DNA of 63,984 nt, counting the filler, from Octopus bimaculoides (Eukaryota), in the NCBI RefSeq assembly GCF_001194135.2. It is 7 parts of 7 records of this genome, joined end to end, with 100 filler letters (N's around TTAATTAATTAA, not from the genome) between each part and the next. Parts side by side here need not be neighbours in the genome. Positions count along the whole stretch, not along the records: positions 62,959 to 63,984 come from NC_069010.1; 6 more parts are not named here. One strand, 5' to 3'. Numbering within the stretch: the stretch's first letter is position 1; every line of letters starts with the position of its first letter. Made by a program: the position numbers and the translations under genes. This document shows, one piece after another, positions 63,601 through 63,984 of this stretch. The notes under the pieces were generated by a model. It saw only the letters and a list, made by a program, of their open reading frames with translations. It was not told the DNA's origin and did not search any database.

Positions 63601-63850
63601 GCCAATGGTGGTGATGGTAGAGATGGCAGCGGTAGTGACGATAGTAGTGGTGGTAGTAGTGGTGGTGGTGGTGGCAATGATGATGATGGTGATTGTGGTG
63701 GTGATGGTAGTAGTGACGACGATGATGATGATGATGATACCTGTGGCATTAAATGCGATATTGATGATGACGACGATGTTGCTAAGAGGCATTTATAGTG
63801 ATGATGGTTAAAAATGGTTTTGATAGCAAGGATAGTGATGGCGGTGGCGA

Positions 63851-63891
<41 letters not shown>

Positions 63892-63935
63892 ATGTTGCCA
63901 GATGATGATGATGGTGAGAGTAGTGATAGTGATGA
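63600..63935. repeat. Cryptic (GAT)/(GGT)/(AGT) trinucleotide repeats
   Basis: Direct inspection. Confidence 0.9.
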
Positions 63936-63984
63936 AGGCAACAGCTGCTTTATCTCTTAACCCTAAATGTAGGCATGTGTGTAT

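Overview
AT-rich, microsatellite-saturated eukaryotic DNA from a gapped draft assembly. The SINE families and repeat landscape are consistent with an Octopus genome; this is my inference from recognising the repeats, not a database result. Most of the window is tRNA-headed SINEs (my labels A-F), simple repeats and decayed transposons: two mariners plus MITEs, pogo/Tigger, hAT, Helitron, CR1, RTE, R4/Dong-like and L1/Tx1 pieces. Almost all ORFs in the supplied track are microsatellite or N-run artefacts. There is no rRNA, true tRNA or CRISPR array. Six 100-bp pads (N44-TTAATTAATTAA-N44) are artificial joins, so long-range order is uncertain. I could not confirm a new biological system. The best leads are: (1) phase-compatible plus-strand exon candidates spanning 6275-52014 that encode a Cys/Trp-containing protein I cannot identify; (2) a 217-bp foldback palindrome nested in an inverted SINE pair just upstream of one candidate exon; (3) hammerhead-ribozyme-like motifs in short Penelope-like repeats; (4) a recent 223-bp locally templated insertion and several duplication-plus-filler scars.
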